In this document: one piece after another, positions 1 to 9,820 of the stretch
Numbering within the stretch: the first letter of the stretch is position 1
Layout: the number at the start of each line of letters is the position of its first letter
DNA from: an uncultured Gammaproteobacteria bacterium
Lineage (GTDB): Bacteria > Pseudomonadota > Gammaproteobacteria > Steroidobacterales > SZUA-146
NCBI GenBank assembly: GCA_963922815.1
Contig: CAWUKD010000001.1
Location: forward strand, 36,631-100,630
DNA length: 64,000 bases
Reading direction: 5' to 3'
Program-made: the position numbers and the translations under genes
Notes under the pieces: model-generated
What the model saw: only the letters and a program-made list of their open reading frames with translations
Told to the model about the DNA's origin: nothing
The model's database searches: none

Positions 1-218
1 ACGAAGACTGTCAACAGCAGCACCAGGCCGACCTCGGAAGGAAAAATATATCTGACACCTTTTGCCACCAGTATTCACAGAAATGAAAACCCATAGTGGC
101 AGTGGTGGTGAGTTAATAAACCTGACACTTTTTTCGATAAGGCAATACCGCTTACCACGATACTATTAAGATTAAGATGCGTCACCGATACAGCGCCCTC
201 CGGAACCAATGGTTAGCA

Positions 219-2804
219 CTATCGGTGTAGCAGTACCGATACTGAGCCGGAAGAAGGGTTTGTCGCGACCAAATCAGGGCGTCCGTCGCCGTTCAGGTCA
301 CCGATTGCCACTGTGCCCTCGTCGCTCGCCGTAAAGTACGCCCCCGACCGAAACGTGCCGTCTCCGTTACCCAACAGCACAGTGAGAATCTTATTAAAAT
401 TGCCGACTGAAACGATGTCTGGAAATCCATCTGAATTCAGATCGCCGATGGATACCCAAAACGGCCCTGAATAGGTCTCGTAGGTCTGGGAAAACGACTG
501 AAACGTACCATCTCCGTGGCCCAAATTCACGATCACATTGCCGGCTCCAGCAGTGACCCGATCCAAGATGGCGTCTTCATTGAGATAGCCGACAGCAAGA
601 GCACCCGATGGGCTATTGACGTAGCCCACGTACGACCCTGATGGGGATCCGAGGGAGCCGCTGCCATTGCCTAGCAGCACTGAGAACGAAATCTCGTCCT
701 TGGTCGAGACGTTATTCGTTACCACGTCGGGAATCTCGTCACCGTTGAAATCACCCGTGGCCATTGAGCGCGGGAAGATGGTCGGGAAGTCGTAGTGTTG
801 ATTCGCGATCTCAAACGGAGCTCCAGCCTGGAGAGAACCGTCCCCAAATCCCAGAAGCACCGACACATCACGCGATTGGAGGTTTGAAGTAACGACGTCT
901 GCGATGGAATCAGAATTCATGTCTTCAATGGCTAAGGAAAGCGGAGCGTGGCCGTTCACGGTGGTCGCTAACGCTGCCTGGAATGTCCCATCGCCGTTGC
1001 CCAGGAGAACGCTGACATCATCGCTGCCGGCATTCGCCGTAACCAAATCGACGAATGAGTCCCCGTTCATGTGGGCGCTCGCAATTGAATAGGGTGCTTC
1101 TCCCATGTCCGTTGTCATCGCTACCTGAAAGGTTCCATCGCCATTACCCAGAAGCACGGAAACGTCATGGGAACTAGTATTTGCAGTGGCCAAGTCGGGA
1201 ACAGCGTCACCGTTCAGGTCCGTGATAACTACCGAGCGCGGACTGGCGCCTACAGCATATTCGGGTGCAGGCGTGGGCAGACTACCGTGGCCCTCGCCCA
1301 ACAGCACCGCTCCGGTCGACGTAACCGCGTCGACTACACCGTCACCATTCAAATCGCTGATGGCTATGTCTGGGTCAGGGAAGTTAGTACCGGTGCCACG
1401 CCCGGCATGAGGTGCCTGGGCGACGAAACTACCGTCGCCGTTGCCAAACAAGATGGCACCGCCCCCGGCAACAAGATCCGGAGCTAAGTCGCCATTTAAA
1501 TCGAAAATCTTGATGTGTCCAATAGAGTCTTCGCCATTGTCAATCACAATGGGCGCCTGAAAGCTGCTATCACCATTGTTCAGCGACACCAATATCTGGT
1601 ACTGACTAGGGCTCTGCCCAAAAATTCCAACCGTCGTTACGAGGTCTACCGCCTCATCGGCATTCAGGTCGCCGACAGCGAAGGTACGCAAACTAAGGAT
1701 GTCGCTGCCTAGCATGATCGACAACGACGGTTGAAAACTACCGTCACCGTTGCCAAGCAGTATCGACACGTCGTCAGAACCCCCATTGAGCGTCATAAGG
1801 TCAAGCGTTCTATCACCATTCATATCCCCGATAGTTATTGCGAAAGGGCCGTCCCCAGCGCCAATACTCTGGGCTGGCGCAAAACTACCGCCGCCGAATC
1901 CAAAAAGTACAGATACATCGTCGGAAGAACGATTTGCGGTGGCCAAATCCGGGATGCCATCCGCATTCAAATCACCAATGGCGATAGAGCTGGGCCTATC
2001 CCCCGCGTCGAGTTGTTCAGCCGCAAGAAAACCACCATTGCCGGTTGCGAGTAGAACGGTGATCGTATCATTAGCGCGACTAGCGGCCACGACGTCCGGA
2101 AGGTTGTCCGCGTTAACATCGCCGATTGCCACCGAATGGGCTTCGGCCCCAATGTCAAAGGTCTGTGTTTTTACAGAAAACCCGTCGCCGGTGCCTAGCC
2201 ATATCGACACGTTGCCCGAGTTTCCTTCGGCAAGCGCAATATCTGGAATGGTGTCGCCGTTCAAGTCTGCTGTATCGAGTGCATATGCTCTAGAGCCAAA
2301 TGGTATTCGCCCTCCTGGGTACATGAATTGCGGAGACTCCTGCGGCGTGGCGCAAAGGTTGTCAGCCCTACCGCTCGGACCCGGGGCCAGGAGGAAGCGC
2401 GATGTCATGATGCTAAAATCGATAAAGTTCACTGCGCCGTCGCCGTTGAAATCTGCGTCAGGGTCAGCAGTTGAGAACACAGACCCGAACAACCCAATGT
2501 CGACGAAGTTGACGATGCAATCATTATTTAAATCAGGATCGCACATGTTTCCGATGCCGTCTGCATCGGTGTCGCGTTGAAACAGGTTGAAGAGGTTTAC
2601 ACAATTGTCGCTAAGGTTAAGAGTGCCGTCGTCATCTATGTCGCCCGGAGTACGTGTCGCGAACGGAGCCGCCCACGATACGGCGGCGAACATTGTCGCC
2701 ATTAAAAGGGCACTGGTGATTAGTGTGGGGATTAACTGACGGGGCCGGTCAATCAAAGTTGTCGACCTAAGTCGGCATGCCAAGTGTGAGTGTGAGTTAT
2801 CCAT
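219..2804 (-). CDS. Secreted FG-GAP/VCBS-repeat protein, paralog A (predicted double 7-bladed beta-propeller) with N-terminal TSP3/dockerin-like Ca-binding module
   Basis: Track ORF 219..2822 starts at TTG; the ATG at 2804 is preferred and gives 861 aa, matching the paralogs. Signal-like stretch LIPTLITSALLMATMFAAVSWAAP. Module at aa ~61-157 of the track ORF: DIDDDG..DNC..QRDTDADGIGNMCDPDLNNDC..DFNGDGAVNFIDF..PGPSG. I counted 14 D-x-N-x-D loops of the type GDLNGDGxPDLV..S.DVSVLLGNGDGTFQ. Confidence 0.85.
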   Translation of the reverse strand: MDNSHSHLACRLRSTTLIDRPRQLIPTLITSALLMATMFAAVSWAAPFATRTPGDIDDDGTLNLSDNCVNLFNLFQRDTDADGIGNMCDPDLNNDCIVNFVDIGLFGSVFSTADPDADFNGDGAVNFIDFSIMTSRFLLAPGPSGRADNLCATPQESPQFMYPGGRIPFGSRAYALDTADLNGDTIPDIALAEGNSGNVSIWLGTGDGFSVKTQTFDIGAEAHSVAIGDVNADNLPDVVAASRANDTITVLLATGNGGFLAAEQLDAGDRPSSIAIGDLNADGIPDLATANRSSDDVSVLFGFGGGSFAPAQSIGAGDGPFAITIGDMNGDRTLDLMTLNGGSDDVSILLGNGDGSFQPSLSIMLGSDILSLRTFAVGDLNADEAVDLVTTVGIFGQSPSQYQILVSLNNGDSSFQAPIVIDNGEDSIGHIKIFDLNGDLAPDLVAGGGAILFGNGDGSFVAQAPHAGRGTGTNFPDPDIAISDLNGDGVVDAVTSTGAVLLGEGHGSLPTPAPEYAVGASPRSVVITDLNGDAVPDLATANTSSHDVSVLLGNGDGTFQVAMTTDMGEAPYSIASAHMNGDSFVDLVTANAGSDDVSVLLGNGDGTFQAALATTVNGHAPLSLAIEDMNSDSIADVVTSNLQSRDVSVLLGFGDGSLQAGAPFEIANQHYDFPTIFPRSMATGDFNGDEIPDVVTNNVSTKDEISFSVLLGNGSGSLGSPSGSYVGYVNSPSGALAVGYLNEDAILDRVTAGAGNVIVNLGHGDGTFQSFSQTYETYSGPFWVSIGDLNSDGFPDIVSVGNFNKILTVLLGNGDGTFRSGAYFTASDEGTVAIGDLNGDGRPDLVATNPSSGSVSVLLHR

Positions 2805-2843
2805 TTCAAATTCCGATTCCAAAATGCCCAGGGTGACTCCGGC

Positions 2844-5432
2844 TTAGCGTTGCAACAGGAGCACGAGCTCCCGTACTCCATTGTGGGTGGTGACCACATC
2901 CGGTTGATTGTCTCCATTGAGGTCTCCAACGGCGAGCTGCCCAGGCCTATCGGCGCCCATAAAGTGTGCTTTGCGAAACAGTCCATCACCAGAGCCCAAC
3001 AGCACAACGACATTGTCGTCGACCGGATTGTTGTCGATCCTATTTGTTGCCACCAAGTCCTGAACCAGGTCGCCGTTCAGGTCGGCAACCGCGATGGAAC
3101 CCAGATCAATGTCAGTGTAGGGGGTGTTTATCGTCGACGGGAAGCCGCCATCACCGTCACCAATGAACAATCTCAGGGACCCCGTCGTGTAGACGATGGC
3201 CACGTCCAAAACTTGATCGCCATCAAGATCTTCAATGGTGTAGGACTTTACCGCGAAATCTGTACTGTAAACTACAGGATCCTGGAAGCTGCCGTTGCCA
3301 ACACCCATTAATACCGAGATGACGCCAGCTCCACCCGGTCCGGAGCCATTGACCGCGATCAGATCTGGGATTGCGTCGCCATTCAGGTCCTGGATTTCCA
3401 CTCCTAGTGGTTCAATCCCGGAACCAATATCCAGTTGAGACGCAACCTGAAACTGGCCATCGCCATCACCCAAGAGTATGGAGATGTCATTGGTCAGTGT
3501 GTTCGCTGTAACAATATCGGGAAGAGCATCGTCGTTGATATCACCAATAGCTACTGACTCTGGCGACTCACCAACCAAAAATATCCTCTCAGGCTGATAA
3601 AGGCCTTCGCCAACGCCAAGAAAAACCGATACATCATTGGTGTCGATATTGGCGGCAACCAGATCTGCTATGTTGTCGGCGTTCACGTCCGCGATAGCAA
3701 CTGAGCCCGGGTCGCCTGTGCGCAGTGTAGGCAGGATGCGCTGGAACTCGCCAGCTCCGTCTCCGCGGAACACGGTTATCTTTTTGGCTGCCCTGCTGGT
3801 GGTGACCATATCAAGATTCTGATCCCCGTCGATGTCACCAAGTGTAATGGAGTCCGGTCGATTGATGTCGCTTATGGATTTCCAAGTCTGGACACCGCCG
3901 CTGAGAGTACCCGGCCACACGGCTATGGTATCGCGCAGCCGCAGCGCGCCGACGACATCGGGAATTGAATCGCCGTTCATGTAGCCCAGGGCAATGGCAA
4001 TTGACGAGTTTCTAGCACCCGTGTTAAAAACCTGGGGCGGCTCAAAACCGCCGTCGCCAATGCCCTTAGCTACCGAAACCCGCCCAAAGCTCCCCGAATC
4101 GAACGAAGTGCTTGCCATGACTAAATCCGGGATCGTGTCAGCGTTCATATCACCTATTGCCAGCCCGAATAAAAAACCGCCGCCTGGGTCCACCACAGGT
4201 GCCGGTAAAAAACTACCGTCTCCATTTCCAAGGAGAATTGAAACGTCGTTAGAGCTGCGATTTTGGGTGACGAGATCCGGCACTGAATCGCCGTTCAGAT
4301 CGGCAATTTCGACAGCCTCTGGATAGTTTCCAACACTGAAGGTTAAGGTTATCAGGAAGCCCCCTTCACCATTTCCCAATAACACCGAAACCGTATTATT
4401 CGAGTTTGCTGTGACAACGTCCAACATCGAGTCATCGTTGAGATCGGCTACGGCCACCGCGTTGGGCGAAGGCCCGACGCTGGCTAACCACGCCACCTGA
4501 AAAGTGCCGTCTCCATTTCCGATCAGAACGGATATCTCGTCCGTGTTGCGAGCGGTGGTGAACAGATCTGGAATGTTATCGCCGTTCAAATCTCCAATTG
4601 CCACAGACACTGGCTCGGGGTCAACACTGATTGCCACGGGCGCCTGAAAACCGCCGAAGCCGTTACCAAACACTATCGCCACCTCGTCGGCTTGTGCGTT
4701 AGCCGTTATGATGTCCAATATAGTATCGCCATTCAGATCGCCGATCGCCATGGCATTTGGCCGGTTCCCTACCGTATAGTTGACCGCGGTGCCTAAGCCG
4801 CCGTCGCTGTCACTCAGGAGCACGCTCAAGTTAGACGAGAACGAGTAGGTGTTAACTACATCCGGCCGACCATCGTTGTTAAAGTCACCGATCGCGACTC
4901 TATTTGGGTTGTTGCCAACTGAATACACGGTACCGGGGAACATCTCGTGCAGCGCGACGGGAACAGCCGGGCACGCGTTGTTGGCCAAACCACTCGGACC
5001 AGGAGCACCAAAAAAGCTCGTTGTCATGATACTTAGATCTAAAAAGTTGACATTGCCGTCACCGTTGAGATCCGCATCCGGGTCGAAGCCGAAAAACACC
5101 GACGTCATCATGGCCAGATCCAAAAAGTTGATCGCACAGTCGTTATTGAGGTCGGCATCACAAACATTGCCGATGCCATCGAAGTCCGAATCACGCTGTT
5201 GGAGGTTTGCGATGTTCAAGCAATTGTCGAGGGAATCGTCGATCCCGTCACCATCTAAATCTCCTGCAACCACCATTACGACCATCGCATCGTTAGTTGG
5301 GAGGGCTGATGCTGTGTGCGATAAGCCGATCAGCGAAATCAGAATCGTCATCGCGTACGCCGCAATGACAACAATAGATCGGTAACGCACGTCTGTGCCA
5401 GAAAGATAAAGCCAATGTGCGTTTGACGACAT
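2844..5432 (-). CDS. Secreted FG-GAP/VCBS-repeat protein, paralog B, same architecture
   Basis: Track ORF 2844..5531. The internal ATG at 5432 (MSSNAHW..) sits just before the hydrophobic segment IVVIAAYAMTILISLIGLSHTASA, removes the overlap with the upstream gene and gives 862 aa. Module: DLDGDG..DNC..QRDSDFDGIGNVCDADLNNDC..DLNGDGNVNFLDL..PGPSG. 14 FG-GAP loops counted. Confidence 0.85.
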   Translation of the reverse strand: MSSNAHWLYLSGTDVRYRSIVVIAAYAMTILISLIGLSHTASALPTNDAMVVMVVAGDLDGDGIDDSLDNCLNIANLQQRDSDFDGIGNVCDADLNNDCAINFLDLAMMTSVFFGFDPDADLNGDGNVNFLDLSIMTTSFFGAPGPSGLANNACPAVPVALHEMFPGTVYSVGNNPNRVAIGDFNNDGRPDVVNTYSFSSNLSVLLSDSDGGLGTAVNYTVGNRPNAMAIGDLNGDTILDIITANAQADEVAIVFGNGFGGFQAPVAISVDPEPVSVAIGDLNGDNIPDLFTTARNTDEISVLIGNGDGTFQVAWLASVGPSPNAVAVADLNDDSMLDVVTANSNNTVSVLLGNGEGGFLITLTFSVGNYPEAVEIADLNGDSVPDLVTQNRSSNDVSILLGNGDGSFLPAPVVDPGGGFLFGLAIGDMNADTIPDLVMASTSFDSGSFGRVSVAKGIGDGGFEPPQVFNTGARNSSIAIALGYMNGDSIPDVVGALRLRDTIAVWPGTLSGGVQTWKSISDINRPDSITLGDIDGDQNLDMVTTSRAAKKITVFRGDGAGEFQRILPTLRTGDPGSVAIADVNADNIADLVAANIDTNDVSVFLGVGEGLYQPERIFLVGESPESVAIGDINDDALPDIVTANTLTNDISILLGDGDGQFQVASQLDIGSGIEPLGVEIQDLNGDAIPDLIAVNGSGPGGAGVISVLMGVGNGSFQDPVVYSTDFAVKSYTIEDLDGDQVLDVAIVYTTGSLRLFIGDGDGGFPSTINTPYTDIDLGSIAVADLNGDLVQDLVATNRIDNNPVDDNVVVLLGSGDGLFRKAHFMGADRPGQLAVGDLNGDNQPDVVTTHNGVRELVLLLQR

Positions 5433-5502
5433 CCTGCCCTGTCTTAGAGATAAACAGGTCATCTTCAAGTACTCCATTCCATTCCTCCCGGCCCCGTCTC
5501 GT

Positions 5503-8085
5503 TCAGGGTTGCAGCACAACAGTGACGGCATCGTCCAGTGAATTAATGAACACCAGATCTGGACGCGAATCGCCGTTCAAATCGCCGATTGCCGGGCGAA
5601 CAGCGGACGTATCGGCAGCAAATCGAAGCGCTGCCAGAAAGTTGCCTTCACCGTCGCCAAGATAGACACTGAAAGTGCCCTCGCCGGTTAGAACAATATC
5701 TGGAATATCGTCGTCGTTTACATCCTGAATGACCGCCCCCGACGTTATATAAGGCGCGTCGTAGGTCTGAACTGTGTAGGTAAGTCCATTCCCTGTGCCC
5801 AGCGCCACAGCGTAGTGACCGTCCTCTTCCATGAAAAAATTAGTCGGGCTGGTGGCGAGCAGGTCTGGAATATTATCAGCATTAAAATCGCCAATGGCGA
5901 CAGCAAAAGGAGGATAGTTGGTGTTGGTCGGCCAACCAGCCTGAAAGCTGCCATCCCCGTTTCCCAGTAGTACCAACAAGTGGGCAATGCTGACGTTCCC
6001 CACAACCAGGTCAGCGATTTGATCCCCATTAAGGTCGCCAGTGGCCAAATCGCCCGTTCTTCCAAATCCGGCATAGTATGTTGCTGGCGAGCCGAAGCTT
6101 CCGTCGCCATTGCCGAGCATAATTGACACATAACTGTCTGAGCCCGAACTCGCCAGATCAGGAACCCCGTCGCCATCAAAATCGGATACCACTACATAGC
6201 CGCCTCCGGCCGGATAGGATTGAGCAGTTTGCATGCCACCTTCGCCATCGCCCAGAAACACCGATACGTCATTAGAGAACGCATTTGCCGTGACCACGTC
6301 CGGGATCTCGTCGCCGTTAAGATCACTAATTTTGACAGAACGTGGATCGCCACCAGTGTCGAACCACTCCTCAGGCTGGAAGCTGCTGTCGCCGTTGCCC
6401 AGCAAGACAGAGATGTCATTCGAATCCCGATTTGCCGTAACAAGATCTGGAACATCGTCACCATCAAGATCACCCATGGTGACAGATGCCGGCCGAATAC
6501 CAGTTCGGAACGATTGCGGAACAACAAAACCGCCATCGGCCCCTCTGGTTAGAATGATCAAGCTTGTGGCTGCAGCAACCACGTCAGTAATGCCGTCGCC
6601 ATTCAGGTCAGCGATGTCCACATGCCACGCTCTGTTACCGAGGTGGGCGGGATGCGCGTCCTGGAACTGGCCGTCGCCAAGTCCCAGCATAGACCAAACA
6701 TCATTGTCGCCGCCGACGATCAGATCAGGAACACCGTCGTTGTTTAATTCTCCTATCTTGATGGTACGTGAAATATCGCCCACCTCGATCGTAGGGGCCG
6801 GTTGGAAGCTCATGCCGCCGTCGCCCAGCAAGATCGTAATCGTCTCGATTCCAGGACCGGTATCAGGCTCGATGCTGGAGACCACGATGTCGAGGATTGA
6901 ATCATCGTTAAGATCACCCAGCGCCAACTGACGTAACGAACTCAAACTGGCTAATGTAATTAACATCGGCGCCTGAAAACTGCCATCGCCGTTGCCCACT
7001 AACACCGAAAAATGGTTTGAGTTAGTCTGGCTCGAGACACTTCTCAGCGTGACTAAATCCGGGATTTCGTCGCCATCAATGTCCCCAATTGTTACTGTAC
7101 CCACTCGGTCACCAGCAGGAAACGAAATCGCCGGATCAAAGTCGCTCTTACCATTTCCAAGCAATACCGACACGTTGTCGTCATTGATGTTGGCCGTTAC
7201 AATATCGGGTACGTCGTCGCCGTTGAGGTCTCCAACAGCCAGAGAAACCGGGGAGTTACCCACGGGCCTGTCAAAGGTCGTCTGGAAGTCGCCGTCGCCA
7301 GTACCAAGTAATATCGAGACATCACGTGACCCTTGATTCATCGCCACGAGATCCACAATTTCGTCACCATTCAGGTCACCGGCGAAAAGCTCCATTGTAT
7401 AGTTCCCGGCACCGAAGTATCGCGCGGGTCCAAACGAACCCGCCCCGTCGTTAAAGAATATGGCCACTGTGTCTGAGTCCAATGTCGGCGTTGCCATGTC
7501 GAGCGTACCGTCGCCGTCCAGGTCTTCGATGACTACCCACCTTGTCTGACCAACGACATCGTGCCGGTAGTTGGGGTAGAGCGCCTGGCCGTCGAGCGGT
7601 GGTATAGCGCACGCGCTGCCGGGGACGCCGCTTGGTCCGGGCACGCTATAGAAATCCCTCTTCATAATGCTAAAATCCAGGAAGTTGACCGTGCCGTCGC
7701 CGTTGAAATCTTCTTCCGGATCCGATGATGATAAAAACTCGGACGACAGTCGATCAAAATCCTCGAAGTTGATTATGCAGTCGTTGTTCAGGTCTGCATC
7801 GCAGGCGTTACCAATGCCATCTCCGTCTGTGTCCCTCTGAGCCGAATTTGCGATAAGCAGGCAGTTGTCGCTGGCATCGGCCACGCCGTCGCTATCTGTG
7901 TCGACAAGACGAGCCGATAAATTGATGTTGTGAGGCTTAGTCGCGAATTCGATGCCTTCTACAGGAGTGCTCAATAGCAAGCTCACCATTAGCGGACAGG
8001 CTAAAAACAGTAAGCTGGCTCTACGTATTTTCGACTTAACAGTAGTAAAAACGCACGTGCGACAAACATGGTCGATCGATTGCAT
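5503..8085 (-). CDS. Secreted FG-GAP/VCBS-repeat protein, paralog C, same architecture (first gene of the trio)
   Basis: Track ORF 5503..8160. The ATG at 8085 (MQSIDH..) gives 860 aa; starts at 8145 or 8160 are also possible. Signal-like KSKIRRASLLFLACPLMVSLLLSTPVEG. Module: DTDSDG..DNC..QRDTDGDGIGNACDADLNNDC..DFNGDGTVNFLDF..PGPSG. 14 FG-GAP loops counted. Confidence 0.85.
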   Translation of the reverse strand: MQSIDHVCRTCVFTTVKSKIRRASLLFLACPLMVSLLLSTPVEGIEFATKPHNINLSARLVDTDSDGVADASDNCLLIANSAQRDTDGDGIGNACDADLNNDCIINFEDFDRLSSEFLSSSDPEEDFNGDGTVNFLDFSIMKRDFYSVPGPSGVPGSACAIPPLDGQALYPNYRHDVVGQTRWVVIEDLDGDGTLDMATPTLDSDTVAIFFNDGAGSFGPARYFGAGNYTMELFAGDLNGDEIVDLVAMNQGSRDVSILLGTGDGDFQTTFDRPVGNSPVSLAVGDLNGDDVPDIVTANINDDNVSVLLGNGKSDFDPAISFPAGDRVGTVTIGDIDGDEIPDLVTLRSVSSQTNSNHFSVLVGNGDGSFQAPMLITLASLSSLRQLALGDLNDDSILDIVVSSIEPDTGPGIETITILLGDGGMSFQPAPTIEVGDISRTIKIGELNNDGVPDLIVGGDNDVWSMLGLGDGQFQDAHPAHLGNRAWHVDIADLNGDGITDVVAAATSLIILTRGADGGFVVPQSFRTGIRPASVTMGDLDGDDVPDLVTANRDSNDISVLLGNGDSSFQPEEWFDTGGDPRSVKISDLNGDEIPDVVTANAFSNDVSVFLGDGEGGMQTAQSYPAGGGYVVVSDFDGDGVPDLASSGSDSYVSIMLGNGDGSFGSPATYYAGFGRTGDLATGDLNGDQIADLVVGNVSIAHLLVLLGNGDGSFQAGWPTNTNYPPFAVAIGDFNADNIPDLLATSPTNFFMEEDGHYAVALGTGNGLTYTVQTYDAPYITSGAVIQDVNDDDIPDIVLTGEGTFSVYLGDGEGNFLAALRFAADTSAVRPAIGDLNGDSRPDLVFINSLDDAVTVVLQP

Positions 8086-8473
8086 TCTTAACTCATACGT
8101 TCTTTCGGCTTTAGTACTGCAGTGTTTCTGTAGGTGGCCTCCCATCCTGTTTGACCTCATTAGTTATCTAGCTAACTACATCTTTAGCACTATTTAGAGT
8201 GATTAATCGATAATTGAAAAGGTGGTGTCTGCTCCAAAATCAATCGTTTCAATGAGTAATCAGACGATAGTACAAGCCGAGGAAAATTCTACCATAGCGC
8301 GCCCTTCCTGGCGAACACGCCAAAATATTCCACCGGTGAGGGATACGATTGCTGCTCTAGAAACGTCATAGCCGGGAGTATTTGAAAGTTCTTACTTCGA
8401 TTCTTATTAACATAAGGTCGCGATAGGAATGCCGGTTACCAGGCACCCCTCGCAAAGATCCCAGCGTGCGCTA

Positions 8474-9565
8474 CTAACGCTCTGGGCTCCTGCCTCGGGT
8501 ATTGGCGTCAAAGCGTTGAGCCGGATAGTTGTGTAGTAAAAGAATGACTGGCGCGAACCTTTCCACAGCTTTCCGAACCGCACCCACGTCATGCGATGGC
8601 GCTGGCCTTAGTTCAGAGTAATCGGTGCGTTTAATTTCAAATTGCCCGATCAGACTGTAGAGATTGGCGCTGGATATTGCGCCAGCGACGCTGTCGCAGA
8701 ACAAGAAATTCTTTCGGCCCATGACGAACGGCCGGATCGCGTTTTCGGTAAGGTTGTTGTCGATGCGAGGTCGTCCGTCTCGTGTGTAGGTGACGAGCTT
8801 TGGCCACTGCTTATCAGCATAGTTCATGGCCTTACCCAGGGCCGATTTAGGCGGTACGACCATCAGGTGTTTATCGAGCCATTTTCTGACGTCCTTGAGC
8901 ACTGGCAATGAGCGTTGCGTTCTGATGGTGTGACGCTGCTCTGGGGTTAGGTGTTTCGCCTTGTGCTCGATGCGGTATAACAGCTGGATACGTCGCATCG
9001 CGTCTTCCGCCAGGGACACGGTTTTGTTTTTGGCTCTGGTTTCCTGGGCTTTTAAGGCCTCATCGAACTTGCGCCTGACGTGCGCCCAACACCCGAGCTG
9101 CGCGAGCTGGTTTTTGTCGCACACGGCGTTATAGCCTTCGTACCCGTCGGTCTGAAGATAGCCGGTAAAGGGGCCGAGTAAATCGACCGGCACCCTTGAG
9201 GTCCGGGACGGATCGTAGTCGTACAGGAGAATCAGACGATCCGGTGGCCGGCCGCGCTGTACCCACAAATAGCTTTGGCTTTGCGGTGATTTACCCGGTT
9301 CTCTTAAGACCTGCAGCCGGGTCTCGTCCATCGCGATGATGTCATAAGAGAGAACGGTGTCGCGCATCAGGCTAATCAGTGGCTGAACCAATATCCCGGC
9401 CTTGATCATCCAACTGGCCAGGGTCGATCGAGGCGGATCAATGTCGATACGCTTGAGCTTTTGTTCCTGCCGATACAGCGGTAAACCATCTACGTATTTG
9501 CTCACGGCCACATGGGCCAGGGTTCCGGCACTAGCCAGGCTTTTGGGAATGGGCTGCGGTGGCAA
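8474..9565 (-). mobile_element. IS66-family transposase remnant, 5'-truncated and probably non-functional
   Basis: Family-typical strings: PIPKSLASAGTLAHVAVSKYVDGLPLYRQ, IIAMDETRLQVL, YLQTDGYEGYN, LGCWAHVRRKF, NAIRPFVMGRKNFLF. The reading frame closes at a TAG near 9630, so the roughly 150-aa N-terminal zinc-finger/leucine-zipper part is missing. No IS66 orf1/orf2 lies upstream. The C-terminal ~60 aa are divergent. Terminal inverted repeats were not identified. Confidence 0.8.
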
Positions 9566-9820
9566 TGTGGCTGTTTTTGGCGTGCTGTGCCCCGCGTAAT
9601 TGGAACATAAGGGAATCGACGTGTGGATCTACGCGTCCGACCAAAACTCTATCTCGGATATCCCATTGGCAGAAGTTATCTGCACTATTCTTAATAACGA
9701 CCGCATGCATATCTAGCCAAACTGCAGAATGATTCGACTGATCTAACGCTCAACCACACACTATGGCCCTGCCACTAGGCATCGGGTCGAGCCGTACTAA
9801 TAAAGTGCGGTTTGACCTCG

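Noticed and set aside
1-218. A possible partial gene or repeat (ctgacacctttt / cctgacactttttt) at the left window edge.
   Set aside because: All frames close within ~90 nt or lack a credible start. The two 9-10-nt similar strings are too short to call a repeat element.
5433-5531. The N-terminal extensions of the FG-GAP ORFs given by the track (starts at 5531, 8160 and 2822).
   Set aside because: The extensions precede the signal-like segment, lack an RBS and, for 5531, overlap the upstream gene by 29 nt. The internal ATGs give three near-identical lengths (860-862 aa).
8407-8592. The 61-aa ORF overlapping the 3' end of the IS66 transposase, considered as evidence of a frameshift or a separate gene.
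   Set aside because: The main frame can still be loosely aligned with the usual IS66 C-terminus (..DYSELR.. / ..LLLHNY..). The alternative frame has no family motif, so I cannot tell divergence from frameshift by eye.
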